Below are positions 30,301 through 37,979 of a stretch of 64,000 nucleotides of DNA, piece by piece; positions within the stretch are counted from its first letter, which is position 1, and each line of letters opens with the position of its first letter. Both the position numbers and the translations under genes were made by a program. The DNA lies in NCBI GenBank assembly GCA_964342815.1, contig CAYFHS010000013.1:52710-116709 (forward strand), given 5' to 3'. The notes beneath the pieces were generated by a model. The model had not been told where the DNA came from. It saw only the letters and a list, made by a program, of their open reading frames with translations, and ran no database searches. The stretch is from an uncultured archaeon. Lineage in GTDB: Archaea; Thermoplasmatota; Penumbrarchaeia; JASLWR01.

Positions 30301-33300
30301 CCAGTTTCAGGGATACGCCATGCGGCATCTTCATCCGTGACTGCAATTTATCCATATCCGAGATTACTTTTTCCGAAACGGAGCACTGGGCATACATAAC
30401 CTCGTCCTGGGTGACGTTTCGTAACTGCACATTCGTCCCATCACAATCGACCAATGTGTTCATCACATTTTATGACTCACAGGTTTCACTCGAGAACTGC
30501 TCAGTACCAAAATCCGGTTTTACCATGTCGGCGGAAAATAACGCCAGTGTGATCCTCACGGACACAGCTCTGGACCCTAAGCTGATGAGAACTGACATCT
30601 CATCGACCGTCATTGTTCGATTCGGGTACGTCTTTCATTTCGTGGACCCGGATGGCAATCCCGCCCCCGAGGTAAGTTACTACATTACTGACGGTACAGG
30701 TAAGGTGGTCCATACGGGGATATCTGATGATAACGCCACCTCCGGCATTAAGTATCTTGTTGCATTTCAAGGCAGCGTGGGAGATGTGTACCATGACTGC
30801 AATCCCCACGAATTGACAGTGGGGGTGGTGTCTCCTAACGGTTATCAAATACATGAATTCAACGTGGACGGAAAAGGTGATCTAACAATCACGGTGAACT
30901 TCTATCCCTTGGTCAATTTCTCAAAAGATCTTGAGCTTCCGGAAGGTGGAAATCTTTCAGGAGAATTCAACCTGAACGACTGGTTCTCGGACCACGGAAA
31001 CCTGGATTATCTTTGTAGCAACCAGGGAAATCTCTCCGTTACGATACATCCCAACGGTTCGGTGGACATAGATATCCCGGACCCCGACTGGTACGGCGTG
31101 CAGAGGATAAGTTTTACAGCCACAAATCGATTCCATCTACGGAGCACCATCACAATAAACGTAACAGTTCTTCCAGTGGACGACGCTCCAGTTATTCTGC
31201 CCATTGCGAACATAAGCATTGAACACGGAGACACAATAATCATTAACCTCACAATACTGATCCATGACGTGGACACGCCCTTCGCCTTTTTGAACATCAC
31301 CCTCGATTCCGGTCTTTTCAATATCCAGGACCATCGATTGGTTATACCGTACCATGAATTGTCGGAACCAGTGCTTGTGACCATGTACGTGAATGATAAT
31401 TTATCGGCTGTCAATTCCAGTTTCCGGGTCTTTTTCAGGCCCTATCAGAAACCGGTCTTTCACCCCCTGCCCAATACCACGGTGGAGATCGAAATTCTTT
31501 ACCTCATAAACCTTAGTCACTATTTCAATCTCACCAATGATGACCTCTCAAACCTTACCGTAAGCACCAGCAGCGACCATATCTCGGTCCAGGGACACCT
31601 GCTCTCGTTATTGTACCCTGAAATTATGTACTTCGAAAATGTTTCCGTATACTTTTCAATAAACGAAAGAGAATTTACGAGAAAACTGAATCTTACTGTG
31701 ACAGGACACCCGGTATTCGGAGAACTGCCGGATACTACGGTTAGCAGCTGGACCGCGTATTATCTGGAACTGGATAACTATTTCGTGCTGTCCCAGCGGG
31801 ACCTGACCCGCGTAAATATTTCAGTGATGAGTTCATTCGCTTCCATGGAAGGCCATACCCTAAAACTCTTCTATCCGGAAGATATCGGCTTCGAAAGAGT
31901 GGTGATCAACTATCAGCTGGGGACGAATTCATATCTTCGGATCATTAATATAACCATAGAAGATCCGAATCACGCTCCTGAAATGGTGGATGAGTACGTT
32001 TCCAATGAAGGTATTTTTTATACCTTTACAGTATATACAAACGATCAGGACGGTCAGGAACTGTCGGTGAGATTGGTTTTGAACGGGAATATTACTTTTA
32101 TGGATATCGACGAGAACACATTGGGCAAGTTCATGGTCACTCTTCAGATGGATCCCGGCGAGCATTTCTATTATTACTCCCTGGACGACGGAGCTAACGA
32201 GACAAACAGTATGGTCAATACCAGTGTAAAGGTACTGGAAGTAAGGGGTGAGGAGAATGTTGAGGTAAATGAAAATACACTGACAGAGTTTTTGAAAAGC
32301 TGGCCCTCGACGCTCCTGATTATAATTATCATCATCATGGCAGCGATTCTTCTTTCGGTACTCGTTTTCAGAGCTAAGAAAAAAGAACGAAAGAAACCCT
32401 CTATCGAATCTGTGGAGGAGCCAGAGAGTGAAATGGATGATAGAATTATACCTGAACCGGAGGTGGTGATCAGGACCGAAGAGCTGGAAACACATGAAAC
32501 GCCGGAACCGGAAATCCCCAAATTACCAATACTAGAAAGGGCCGACCCGGTATCAGCTCAGCCTCCATCATTGGAATCGGTTCCGCCGACTCAAATGGCA
32601 CCAAAATCCATAGGTAGAGACAAAAGCCTGAAATGGCTTGAAAAAGGAATGAGATTTGCAGTAAAGGGGGAAAAATCCAAGGCGGAGAAATCTTTCAACA
32701 AATCCATTTCGCTCGATCCATTCGACCCAAATCCATGGTACCAGAAATGCCTGCTGGACCAAGAAAACGGTAATACTGTAGAAGCCGAGGAATGTATGGA
32801 AAAGCTTCTGGAACTTATTCCGGATTTGATCGAATTTGCTTCTGAAAACACGCCCCCGGTGCTCGATGCCATGGAAACGAGCACGGCAATGGTGGAAACG
32901 TTACCCGCCCCGATCTCATCAGATCCTCCGCTGAATGACAAATTCTCGGAACAGTTACCAAATGAAATTTTTTCGGTACCGCTGCCGAATGAATTTTTTT
33001 CGGTACCGCTGCCGAATGAAATATTCTCGGCACCGCTGCCGCCGCCCGATCTGGCGGCCGTTCTTCCCGATACCGGCATAAAAGTATCGAATGAAGTGCT
33101 TCCGCCACCGGTGGATGTGCCCTTGCCGAGATCCGAGGAAGCTGAAGAACAAGCTCTGAGTACAGTAACGGAAACTAAATTCGAGGGTACCGAAGAAGCT
33201 CAAAATGTCGGCGGTGAAATAAATGTCGACACGCGGAATGTAGAAAACCAACTGACAGCTCCACCAAACACACCGGATATAATAGTGGAAACGGGAGTCG

Positions 33301-33572
33301 AAGCTCTGGAAGCTCAACAGACAATATCCTCTCCAACAACGGAACCGGATAATACTGTGAAAAAGGAAATTGACCTTACGGAGCATGAATCCATGCCGGA
33401 CGCTGATGCGGAGCTCGGCACTGCCGTCGCGGATGAACAAGAAAATACGGCATTGAATGTCCCGGGACCTGATCTTCCCACGGAAGGTCCCCTCAATTCA
33501 GAAACGGTAAAAACTGAAGAAACCGATGAGGACGAGGAACTGGACGCATTGCTTTCGGAGCTTAACGTGTAA
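27324..33572 (+). CDS. 2082-aa surface protein: parallel beta-helix (NosD/PbH1) repeats, cadherin/Ig-like domains, TM, TPR pair, Pro/acidic tail
   Basis: Asn/Ile/Gly beta-helix repeats; PVDDAP linker; TM LLIIIIIIMAAILLSVLVF; TPR-like helices KWLEKG..LDP and PWYQK..LIP. Confidence 0.88.
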   Translation: MKRMNKFDYIPDTKIGMVITLRRFLIWSFLLLGLMMIVYIAVNAAAATPPPADGDWNVNDITVIENRTVDLNGSLNVNNGGHLTLRNVTLTINCSFNGEYNITIKSGGTLICNDLDLDKLSTADMTLIRSNASAGSHRYGFRAENGSTLNITGTKITNCGWENIGGNRGVTVMCNNTIIQESIFTGNYMGIIYNGSTGGRLSNSNISGNSLNGAYLLNASNTTIERCNISGSNGHGVNLYRSHNNYIELNRISGFFHNQVFWPSYNGSAVLLDNSDHNTVDENYVDSPRARGFWLRSANYNEISNNYLEGNTYTNTMVSFGIGLLNSNSNSIHDNELHHHFMSIYINYFSHYNRVENNLINYTIRGLSLGDPVYGLWDAYRGKCDYNYFGNNTVNDSEFHGFIVIEGSSFNYIYNTTFSNARQRSQGGTIFAFLIDHADNNTFEDNHFYNNSIFSVGIGLQSSSDCIIANNTIGADGLNQEAVNLYGNCNRNLIYNNTIHDREWTISIGSSSNYNIIRNNSVYNSDYGIWVWTGSSNNRIFGNRVNNTTSPGISINYWSGSGVMERNTAENNTVWDCPVGIHSDANSRNFTIINNTIFNCTTGILIEGKWGHNISGGEIYLCHFGIKLDSTAKSSIFGSLIHDCQNSAVNITQCDNISVINSIFHSNALVMLIRNSTNLTVFSNDFHKNKISLDHDELSETMFRINDIHHQDTGLVLDASGNLSVENNTFRSNSIGVSYKGRRGSFKNNIFFGNTVGISYEGGLSAIANNTLHNNTNGISFLEEGANVEYCDLRDNNYGLHFSAAGRAKITRCIIMRNTFGIYAEYVQGVLLDQCTIRDNIGYGVYSTDLAGVTVKDSRLASNGGWGIFCIMEGRVEIEAMNNASIENEDIFISGYITVYDGGSLWVKGSHLRIAGAEGHYYSVEIGSGGFLSLRDSTVSSGNKQPYQFFARRDSTLELIDSSVTGCGIRTRSQPSDGWGVSLDNCSAILVRSSFRDTPCGIFIRDCNLSISEITFSETEHWAYITSSWVTFRNCTFVPSQSTNVFITFYDSQVSLENCSVPKSGFTMSAENNASVILTDTALDPKLMRTDISSTVIVRFGYVFHFVDPDGNPAPEVSYYITDGTGKVVHTGISDDNATSGIKYLVAFQGSVGDVYHDCNPHELTVGVVSPNGYQIHEFNVDGKGDLTITVNFYPLVNFSKDLELPEGGNLSGEFNLNDWFSDHGNLDYLCSNQGNLSVTIHPNGSVDIDIPDPDWYGVQRISFTATNRFHLRSTITINVTVLPVDDAPVILPIANISIEHGDTIIINLTILIHDVDTPFAFLNITLDSGLFNIQDHRLVIPYHELSEPVLVTMYVNDNLSAVNSSFRVFFRPYQKPVFHPLPNTTVEIEILYLINLSHYFNLTNDDLSNLTVSTSSDHISVQGHLLSLLYPEIMYFENVSVYFSINEREFTRKLNLTVTGHPVFGELPDTTVSSWTAYYLELDNYFVLSQRDLTRVNISVMSSFASMEGHTLKLFYPEDIGFERVVINYQLGTNSYLRIINITIEDPNHAPEMVDEYVSNEGIFYTFTVYTNDQDGQELSVRLVLNGNITFMDIDENTLGKFMVTLQMDPGEHFYYYSLDDGANETNSMVNTSVKVLEVRGEENVEVNENTLTEFLKSWPSTLLIIIIIIMAAILLSVLVFRAKKKERKKPSIESVEEPESEMDDRIIPEPEVVIRTEELETHETPEPEIPKLPILERADPVSAQPPSLESVPPTQMAPKSIGRDKSLKWLEKGMRFAVKGEKSKAEKSFNKSISLDPFDPNPWYQKCLLDQENGNTVEAEECMEKLLELIPDLIEFASENTPPVLDAMETSTAMVETLPAPISSDPPLNDKFSEQLPNEIFSVPLPNEFFSVPLPNEIFSAPLPPPDLAAVLPDTGIKVSNEVLPPPVDVPLPRSEEAEEQALSTVTETKFEGTEEAQNVGGEINVDTRNVENQLTAPPNTPDIIVETGVEALEAQQTISSPTTEPDNTVKKEIDLTEHESMPDADAELGTAVADEQENTALNVPGPDLPTEGPLNSETVKTEETDEDEELDALLSELNV

Positions 33573-33867
33573 AGCCGTCCCTTTTTGGTACGTCTTTACC
33601 AATAAGTCTGTCCAAATGTGCCTGACTTTACGTGTAAAGCCGTCCCATTCTGGCACCCGACATAGAATCGGAGATTCTATTAGGGTTAATAGAAACTTGT
33701 TTCTATGTCACCCGTAGGCATACTTGCCGATACTGGAATATTCCCTAGGGAACATTCCCGTCCTGGCCAACACGTAAGTTGACCAATGGTGCAGCAACAC
33801 TTTAGAGTGTTGCGGAGCAAAGCGGGCACGTCTTTACCAAGAAGTCAGTCCAAATGTTCCGTTCTTT
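33565..33867. repeat. Two-unit 65-bp tandem repeat whose second unit is interrupted
   Basis: Unit 1 = 33565-33629; unit 2 = 33630-33656 + 33830-33867; 56/65 identical by manual alignment. Confidence 0.85.
33657..33829. mobile_element. 168-bp palindrome-rich insertion plus a GGCAC 5-bp duplication (MITE-like, no terminal inverted repeats)
   Basis: GGCAC at 33652-33656 and 33825-33829; removing 173 bp restores the repeat unit; several internal hairpins. Confidence 0.6.
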
Positions 33868-33880
33868 ACGTTTGAATCAA

Positions 33881-35737
33881 TCAGGATTCTTTTCGCGCCA
33901 TGATAAAGAACAATACCATCACAGCGAAAATTAAAATTATTATTGCCACCACTATATATAATAATATTGAAGTGTCAGCAGTCTCAACATCATCCCCGGT
34001 ATCGATGATACTGCCGTCATCATCTCCCGGGATGGTGGCGTTCCAACCCACCGGTACCTGCGGGGTGCCTGGTTCCGTCCCATTAAGATATTCCGCCAGA
34101 TTTGTGATGTTGTCCCCGTCGGCGTCCTCATCAGCATCCAGGGAAGAACGGGGGTCGAGGCCGTATCTAACTTCCCATCCGTCGGGCATCTTGTCATTGT
34201 CGGAATCATCGCGAAGTGGGTCGGTTAAATACAACGTTATTTCCACTCCGTCGCCCAGCCGGTCCCCGTCCGTATCGATCCTCAGGGGGCTCGTATTGTA
34301 GGTGACGACCTCATCATAATCGCTCAAACCATCCCCGTCGGTATCGTTCAGCAAAGGCGACGTAAGATGATCAAACTTTTCCGGCCTATCGTCCAGGCCG
34401 TCCCCGTCCGTATCGTCCAATGCCGGGTTCGTTTTAATTTTATACTCGTATTCGTTGGCCAGGCCGTCGAAGTCCAGATCCCCTCTATTATCTCTGTTAA
34501 GCGGATCAAGCCCGTATTCCGCTTCCCATCCGTCCGGCATTCCGTCTTCATCGGTGTCATTTGAGAACGGGCAGGTCCACCAAAGGTATTCTCCCGATTC
34601 CGTCAGGCCGTCGCCGTCACGATCCATGTTCGCGTCTGCCGGATCGTTCACAGAAAGGTTCATGTGATTTTCCCAGATATCCGGCATTCCGTCGCCATCT
34701 GCATCCGCTTCATCCGTTACGTAGCCGTCGCCGTTTATCTCATAGTGATCACCGGTAATCACGATCTCAATATCGCCATGAACCGTAATAAGGCTCTGGG
34801 CTGTCACATTCCCCGAACCCCTCTCCGTCATGTAAAGATGCTGGAACCATTCATCTCCACAGGGATTTTCCTGGTACTCCAGGTTATCAACTACCTCCCG
34901 GTGAGGATGCCCGTATGAATTTGTGAGCCCCACGGACACAACGGCATTCTCGGGGCGGACGGTCTCCACGAATTCCCAGGTGCTGGAAGAATAGCTGCCG
35001 TGATGGTTCAGGTGAAGAACATCGATACCGAAATCTCTCAATTCGGGAGCCAAAAGCTCTTCAACACCCCAGGTCAGGTCACCGCAGACGAGAAAATCGA
35101 ATGTCCCGTAGCTAATGAGATAACCCAGGCTCTTGGCATTCTCCGCCAGATCCCAATCCGCCGTTCCACCTCCTAAGACTTTCCCGTTCACAGTGACGCA
35201 GGTTGCACTTACACCGCCACCAAGGTCTATAATGTCACCGACCCCGGGAGTCGACCGCGGGATATTCTTTTCACCAAGGGTCCAGATATAATCATCCACA
35301 TAAGAATTATCCTTTTCTTCCTCGCGGCCCCGATCAATGGCATTCGATATCTCGATATCGTCATTTGTTTTCAGTTTTCCATCCTGACCTGCTGCGATCT
35401 CCCAGGTACCGCCGATATGATCCGAATCCCAGTGCGTCGACACCAGGTAATCGATCTTTTCGATGCCTTTGTCCTGCAGAACTCCCAGTACCGGGGCTCC
35501 GTTAATAGCCGTATCCACAAGCATGGTTTTCCCCGAAGGCACAGTAATAAGGGTGGAGTCACCTTTCGATACGTTTATACAGGTTATGGTAAGCCCAATT
35601 GATTCAGGAATATTTCCATCTCCCATCGCACCTGAAATTGTTGTAACGGTCAATGATGTAAAATAGATCCCTAACAGAAATAATGTAATGAAAAGGATCA
35701 GGATATGAAGTTTAGTTTTTATCAGAAAACCATTCAT
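33881..35737 (-). CDS. ComEC/Rec2-like metallo-beta-lactamase-fold hydrolase with DxDxDG repeats and a C-terminal TM anchor
   Basis: VSKGDSTLI, THWDSDHIGG, CGDL, HHGS, YGHP motifs; repeats; terminal TM followed by RKES. Confidence 0.85.
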   Translation of the reverse strand: MNGFLIKTKLHILILFITLFLLGIYFTSLTVTTISGAMGDGNIPESIGLTITCINVSKGDSTLITVPSGKTMLVDTAINGAPVLGVLQDKGIEKIDYLVSTHWDSDHIGGTWEIAAGQDGKLKTNDDIEISNAIDRGREEEKDNSYVDDYIWTLGEKNIPRSTPGVGDIIDLGGGVSATCVTVNGKVLGGGTADWDLAENAKSLGYLISYGTFDFLVCGDLTWGVEELLAPELRDFGIDVLHLNHHGSYSSSTWEFVETVRPENAVVSVGLTNSYGHPHREVVDNLEYQENPCGDEWFQHLYMTERGSGNVTAQSLITVHGDIEIVITGDHYEINGDGYVTDEADADGDGMPDIWENHMNLSVNDPADANMDRDGDGLTESGEYLWWTCPFSNDTDEDGMPDGWEAEYGLDPLNRDNRGDLDFDGLANEYEYKIKTNPALDDTDGDGLDDRPEKFDHLTSPLLNDTDGDGLSDYDEVVTYNTSPLRIDTDGDRLGDGVEITLYLTDPLRDDSDNDKMPDGWEVRYGLDPRSSLDADEDADGDNITNLAEYLNGTEPGTPQVPVGWNATIPGDDDGSIIDTGDDVETADTSILLYIVVAIIILIFAVMVLFFIMARKES

Positions 35738-35759
35738 TCAATTTCCCCTAACGACTTGA

Positions 35760-36542
35760 TTAAAAATTCACCTGGCACAGGTAAACGTAGTCTACGTTTA
35801 TGCCACTTTTGGCGTTTATGGTCAATTTCCAGATATCGAATTCGGTTGCTGCAAGGTACTGGTATGGGATGGTTAGTACCTTAACCTGGGTGGAGCCCGT
35901 GGGGTCCTGTTCCAGGGTGCTGGCGTAGAGAGTCCCATTGGGATAGTAAATGGACATATCAAGCTGGTTCTGGTAGTGATCTCCCAGATTCTGCCCGCCG
36001 GAATAGCTCAGTTCCAGGGTAACGTCCGTGGCCATATCCTTAACGGGAATATCGTATTCCTCTTCTTCGGAGACCGACAGTGACGATACAACTGACTCCC
36101 TGTAGCTGACGTGCAAAATAACTGATTTCGTGATATATTCGTGACCTGCAAACTCTGTTTCCACGCGGGCTTTATATCTGCCGGATACCGAGTATCTATG
36201 GACCACCGGTGACGCTGGATCGGAGTATGTTTTGGCCGAATCGTCACCGAAATCCCACCTGAAAGAACGGACCTGGCCGGTGATGTTAACAAATGCAAAG
36301 GTAACATCCATGGGAGCAAGCCCCTTGGTGCGGTTAACCTGTATCACAAAGCCGGGTTCCGGTTCCTCACCTTGGTTATCGTCATCTGGATCCGTGCAGC
36401 CGGAAAGAAGCGTTGAAACCACGAGAATCGTGACCATCAGGAGACTAATTCTCCCTTTTACATGCCCTGCGACATCCATCATTGCATAAATCCCGTTCGG
36501 ACTATAAAACACTTTTGCAGCATTGTAAACCGACCTTACCAC
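35760..36542 (-). CDS. PKD-domain lipoprotein
   Basis: Lipobox LLSGC; GLAPMDVTF..FRWDFGDD..HRY..SGRY PKD pattern; true start probably a downstream Met. Confidence 0.8.
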   Translation of the reverse strand: MVRSVYNAAKVFYSPNGIYAMMDVAGHVKGRISLLMVTILVVSTLLSGCTDPDDDNQGEEPEPGFVIQVNRTKGLAPMDVTFAFVNITGQVRSFRWDFGDDSAKTYSDPASPVVHRYSVSGRYKARVETEFAGHEYITKSVILHVSYRESVVSSLSVSEEEEYDIPVKDMATDVTLELSYSGGQNLGDHYQNQLDMSIYYPNGTLYASTLEQDPTGSTQVKVLTIPYQYLAATEFDIWKLTINAKSGINVDYVYLCQVNF

Positions 36543-36544
36543 CT

Positions 36545-37060
36545 TTATGAAAACATGTCGCGTATTTCCATTTCTTCCCTTATCCGCCTCCGTTTTCCTG
36601 TTCGAGTTATATAAAAAATAAGAATGATCAGAGAGATAAGGCCGCCGATACCCGCTCCCATGATACCGTTCACATATTTGGAATATATCTCCTCACGGTA
36701 GCCCTCGAAACCGGATTCGTACAACGGATGATATAATTCAAATTTTTCATCCAGCTCCCTTCTATGGCCCGAATCCTGCTCATGATAATTTTTTTCGGCT
36801 CTATAGCGAGTCTCGTTATGATAATATCCCATGATCAGACTTCCATCGACATCTCTTATATTATCGCCCGGGCTCACAGTGGGATAGATCTTTTTGAAAA
36901 CTGCAAGGCAGGTAACGGCTGCCAGGATGACCACGGTGATGACCAGTAAAGCCATAATTGCCTTTGGCCTGCGTTTCAGAACCAGTATCAGCAGTATCGC
37001 AGGGACCATTACAAAGACCGTACCCAATCCCAACTGGGCCGGTTGAACCGATATCGACAT
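36545..37060 (-). CDS. Hypothetical membrane protein (about 3 TM)
   Basis: 171-aa ORF with three hydrophobic segments, tightly packed between neighbours. Confidence 0.7.
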   Translation of the reverse strand: MSISVQPAQLGLGTVFVMVPAILLILVLKRRPKAIMALLVITVVILAAVTCLAVFKKIYPTVSPGDNIRDVDGSLIMGYYHNETRYRAEKNYHEQDSGHRRELDEKFELYHPLYESGFEGYREEIYSKYVNGIMGAGIGGLISLIILIFYITRTGKRRRIREEMEIRDMFS

Positions 37061-37076
37061 CTTTCTCCACCATGTA

Positions 37077-37976
37077 CTATTGAAAGTCCATCAACATAGT
37101 GAAATCGAGAGAACTGTAGGAATGAGTGAGCGATCCTATGGATATGATATCCCCGTAAGGTGCGTAATCGCCAATATTTTCTAATGAGATGTTCCCCGAT
37201 ATCTCAATTAGGGTGCGCCCGGACCGGGACAGCTTTATTTTTTCCAGGTGTTCCCTGCATTCCCTTACTTCGGAGGGTTTCATGTTATCCAGCATTATGA
37301 TGTCGGGGGAAAAATCCACGGCTTCCTTGAACTGGTCCACCGTTTCCACCTCGATGTCGATCTTTTTCGAAAAAGATATTTTCTCGTTTGCCTGCTTGAG
37401 TATCTTCGTCACTCCCCCGCAGGCCCGGATATGATTCTCCTTGATGAGCGCCATGTCGTCCAGGGAATAACGGTGCGGGTCCCCGCCACCTACTCGAACC
37501 GCCTTCTTTTCGAAATACCTGAATCCCGGGGTAGTCTTTCTCGTGGCCGCTATCTTGACGTTTTCGTTCACCGGGCGGACCCTCTCGACAAATTTCCGGG
37601 TCTTGGTGGCGATCCCGCTCATTCGCGCCAGAATGTTCAATCCCACCCGTTCCGTTCGGAGGATATCCTTCACGTTCCCCTCCACGGTGCATAACACAGT
37701 TCCGGGGGTTATTTGCGAACCGTCTTGAAGCGGATTTTTAATAACACAATTCGAAAGACTGAAAAGAGCAATCAGTTCTTCGAGCCCAGCCACCACTCCC
37801 CCTTCTTTTGCAATTATACTTGCTCTTGCGTGCCGGTCTGGTAGAAGATTTTCCGAGGTAATATCCCCCGAACGTACATCCTCTTTCAGGTAACTGTTCA
37901 GCAATTCGGTTATTCCGTAAGTTCCAGCCCCATGACTTCCCCGCGGCATCGAACATTCACCCCTTGAACTTAGCAA
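37077..37976 (-). CDS. nadC: Nicotinate-nucleotide pyrophosphorylase (carboxylating)
   Basis: EDVRSGDITS, TERVGLNIL..MSGIAT, ATRKTTPG, HRYSLDDMALIKENH, IEISGNI motifs. Confidence 0.95.
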   Translation of the reverse strand: MLSSRGECSMPRGSHGAGTYGITELLNSYLKEDVRSGDITSENLLPDRHARASIIAKEGGVVAGLEELIALFSLSNCVIKNPLQDGSQITPGTVLCTVEGNVKDILRTERVGLNILARMSGIATKTRKFVERVRPVNENVKIAATRKTTPGFRYFEKKAVRVGGGDPHRYSLDDMALIKENHIRACGGVTKILKQANEKISFSKKIDIEVETVDQFKEAVDFSPDIIMLDNMKPSEVRECREHLEKIKLSRSGRTLIEISGNISLENIGDYAPYGDIISIGSLTHSYSSLDFTMLMDFQ

Positions 37977-37979
37977 TTC

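Noticed and set aside
33565-33871. CRISPR mini-array
   Set aside because: The unit is 65 bp, directly tandem and degenerate, with no regular spacers and no cas genes in the window
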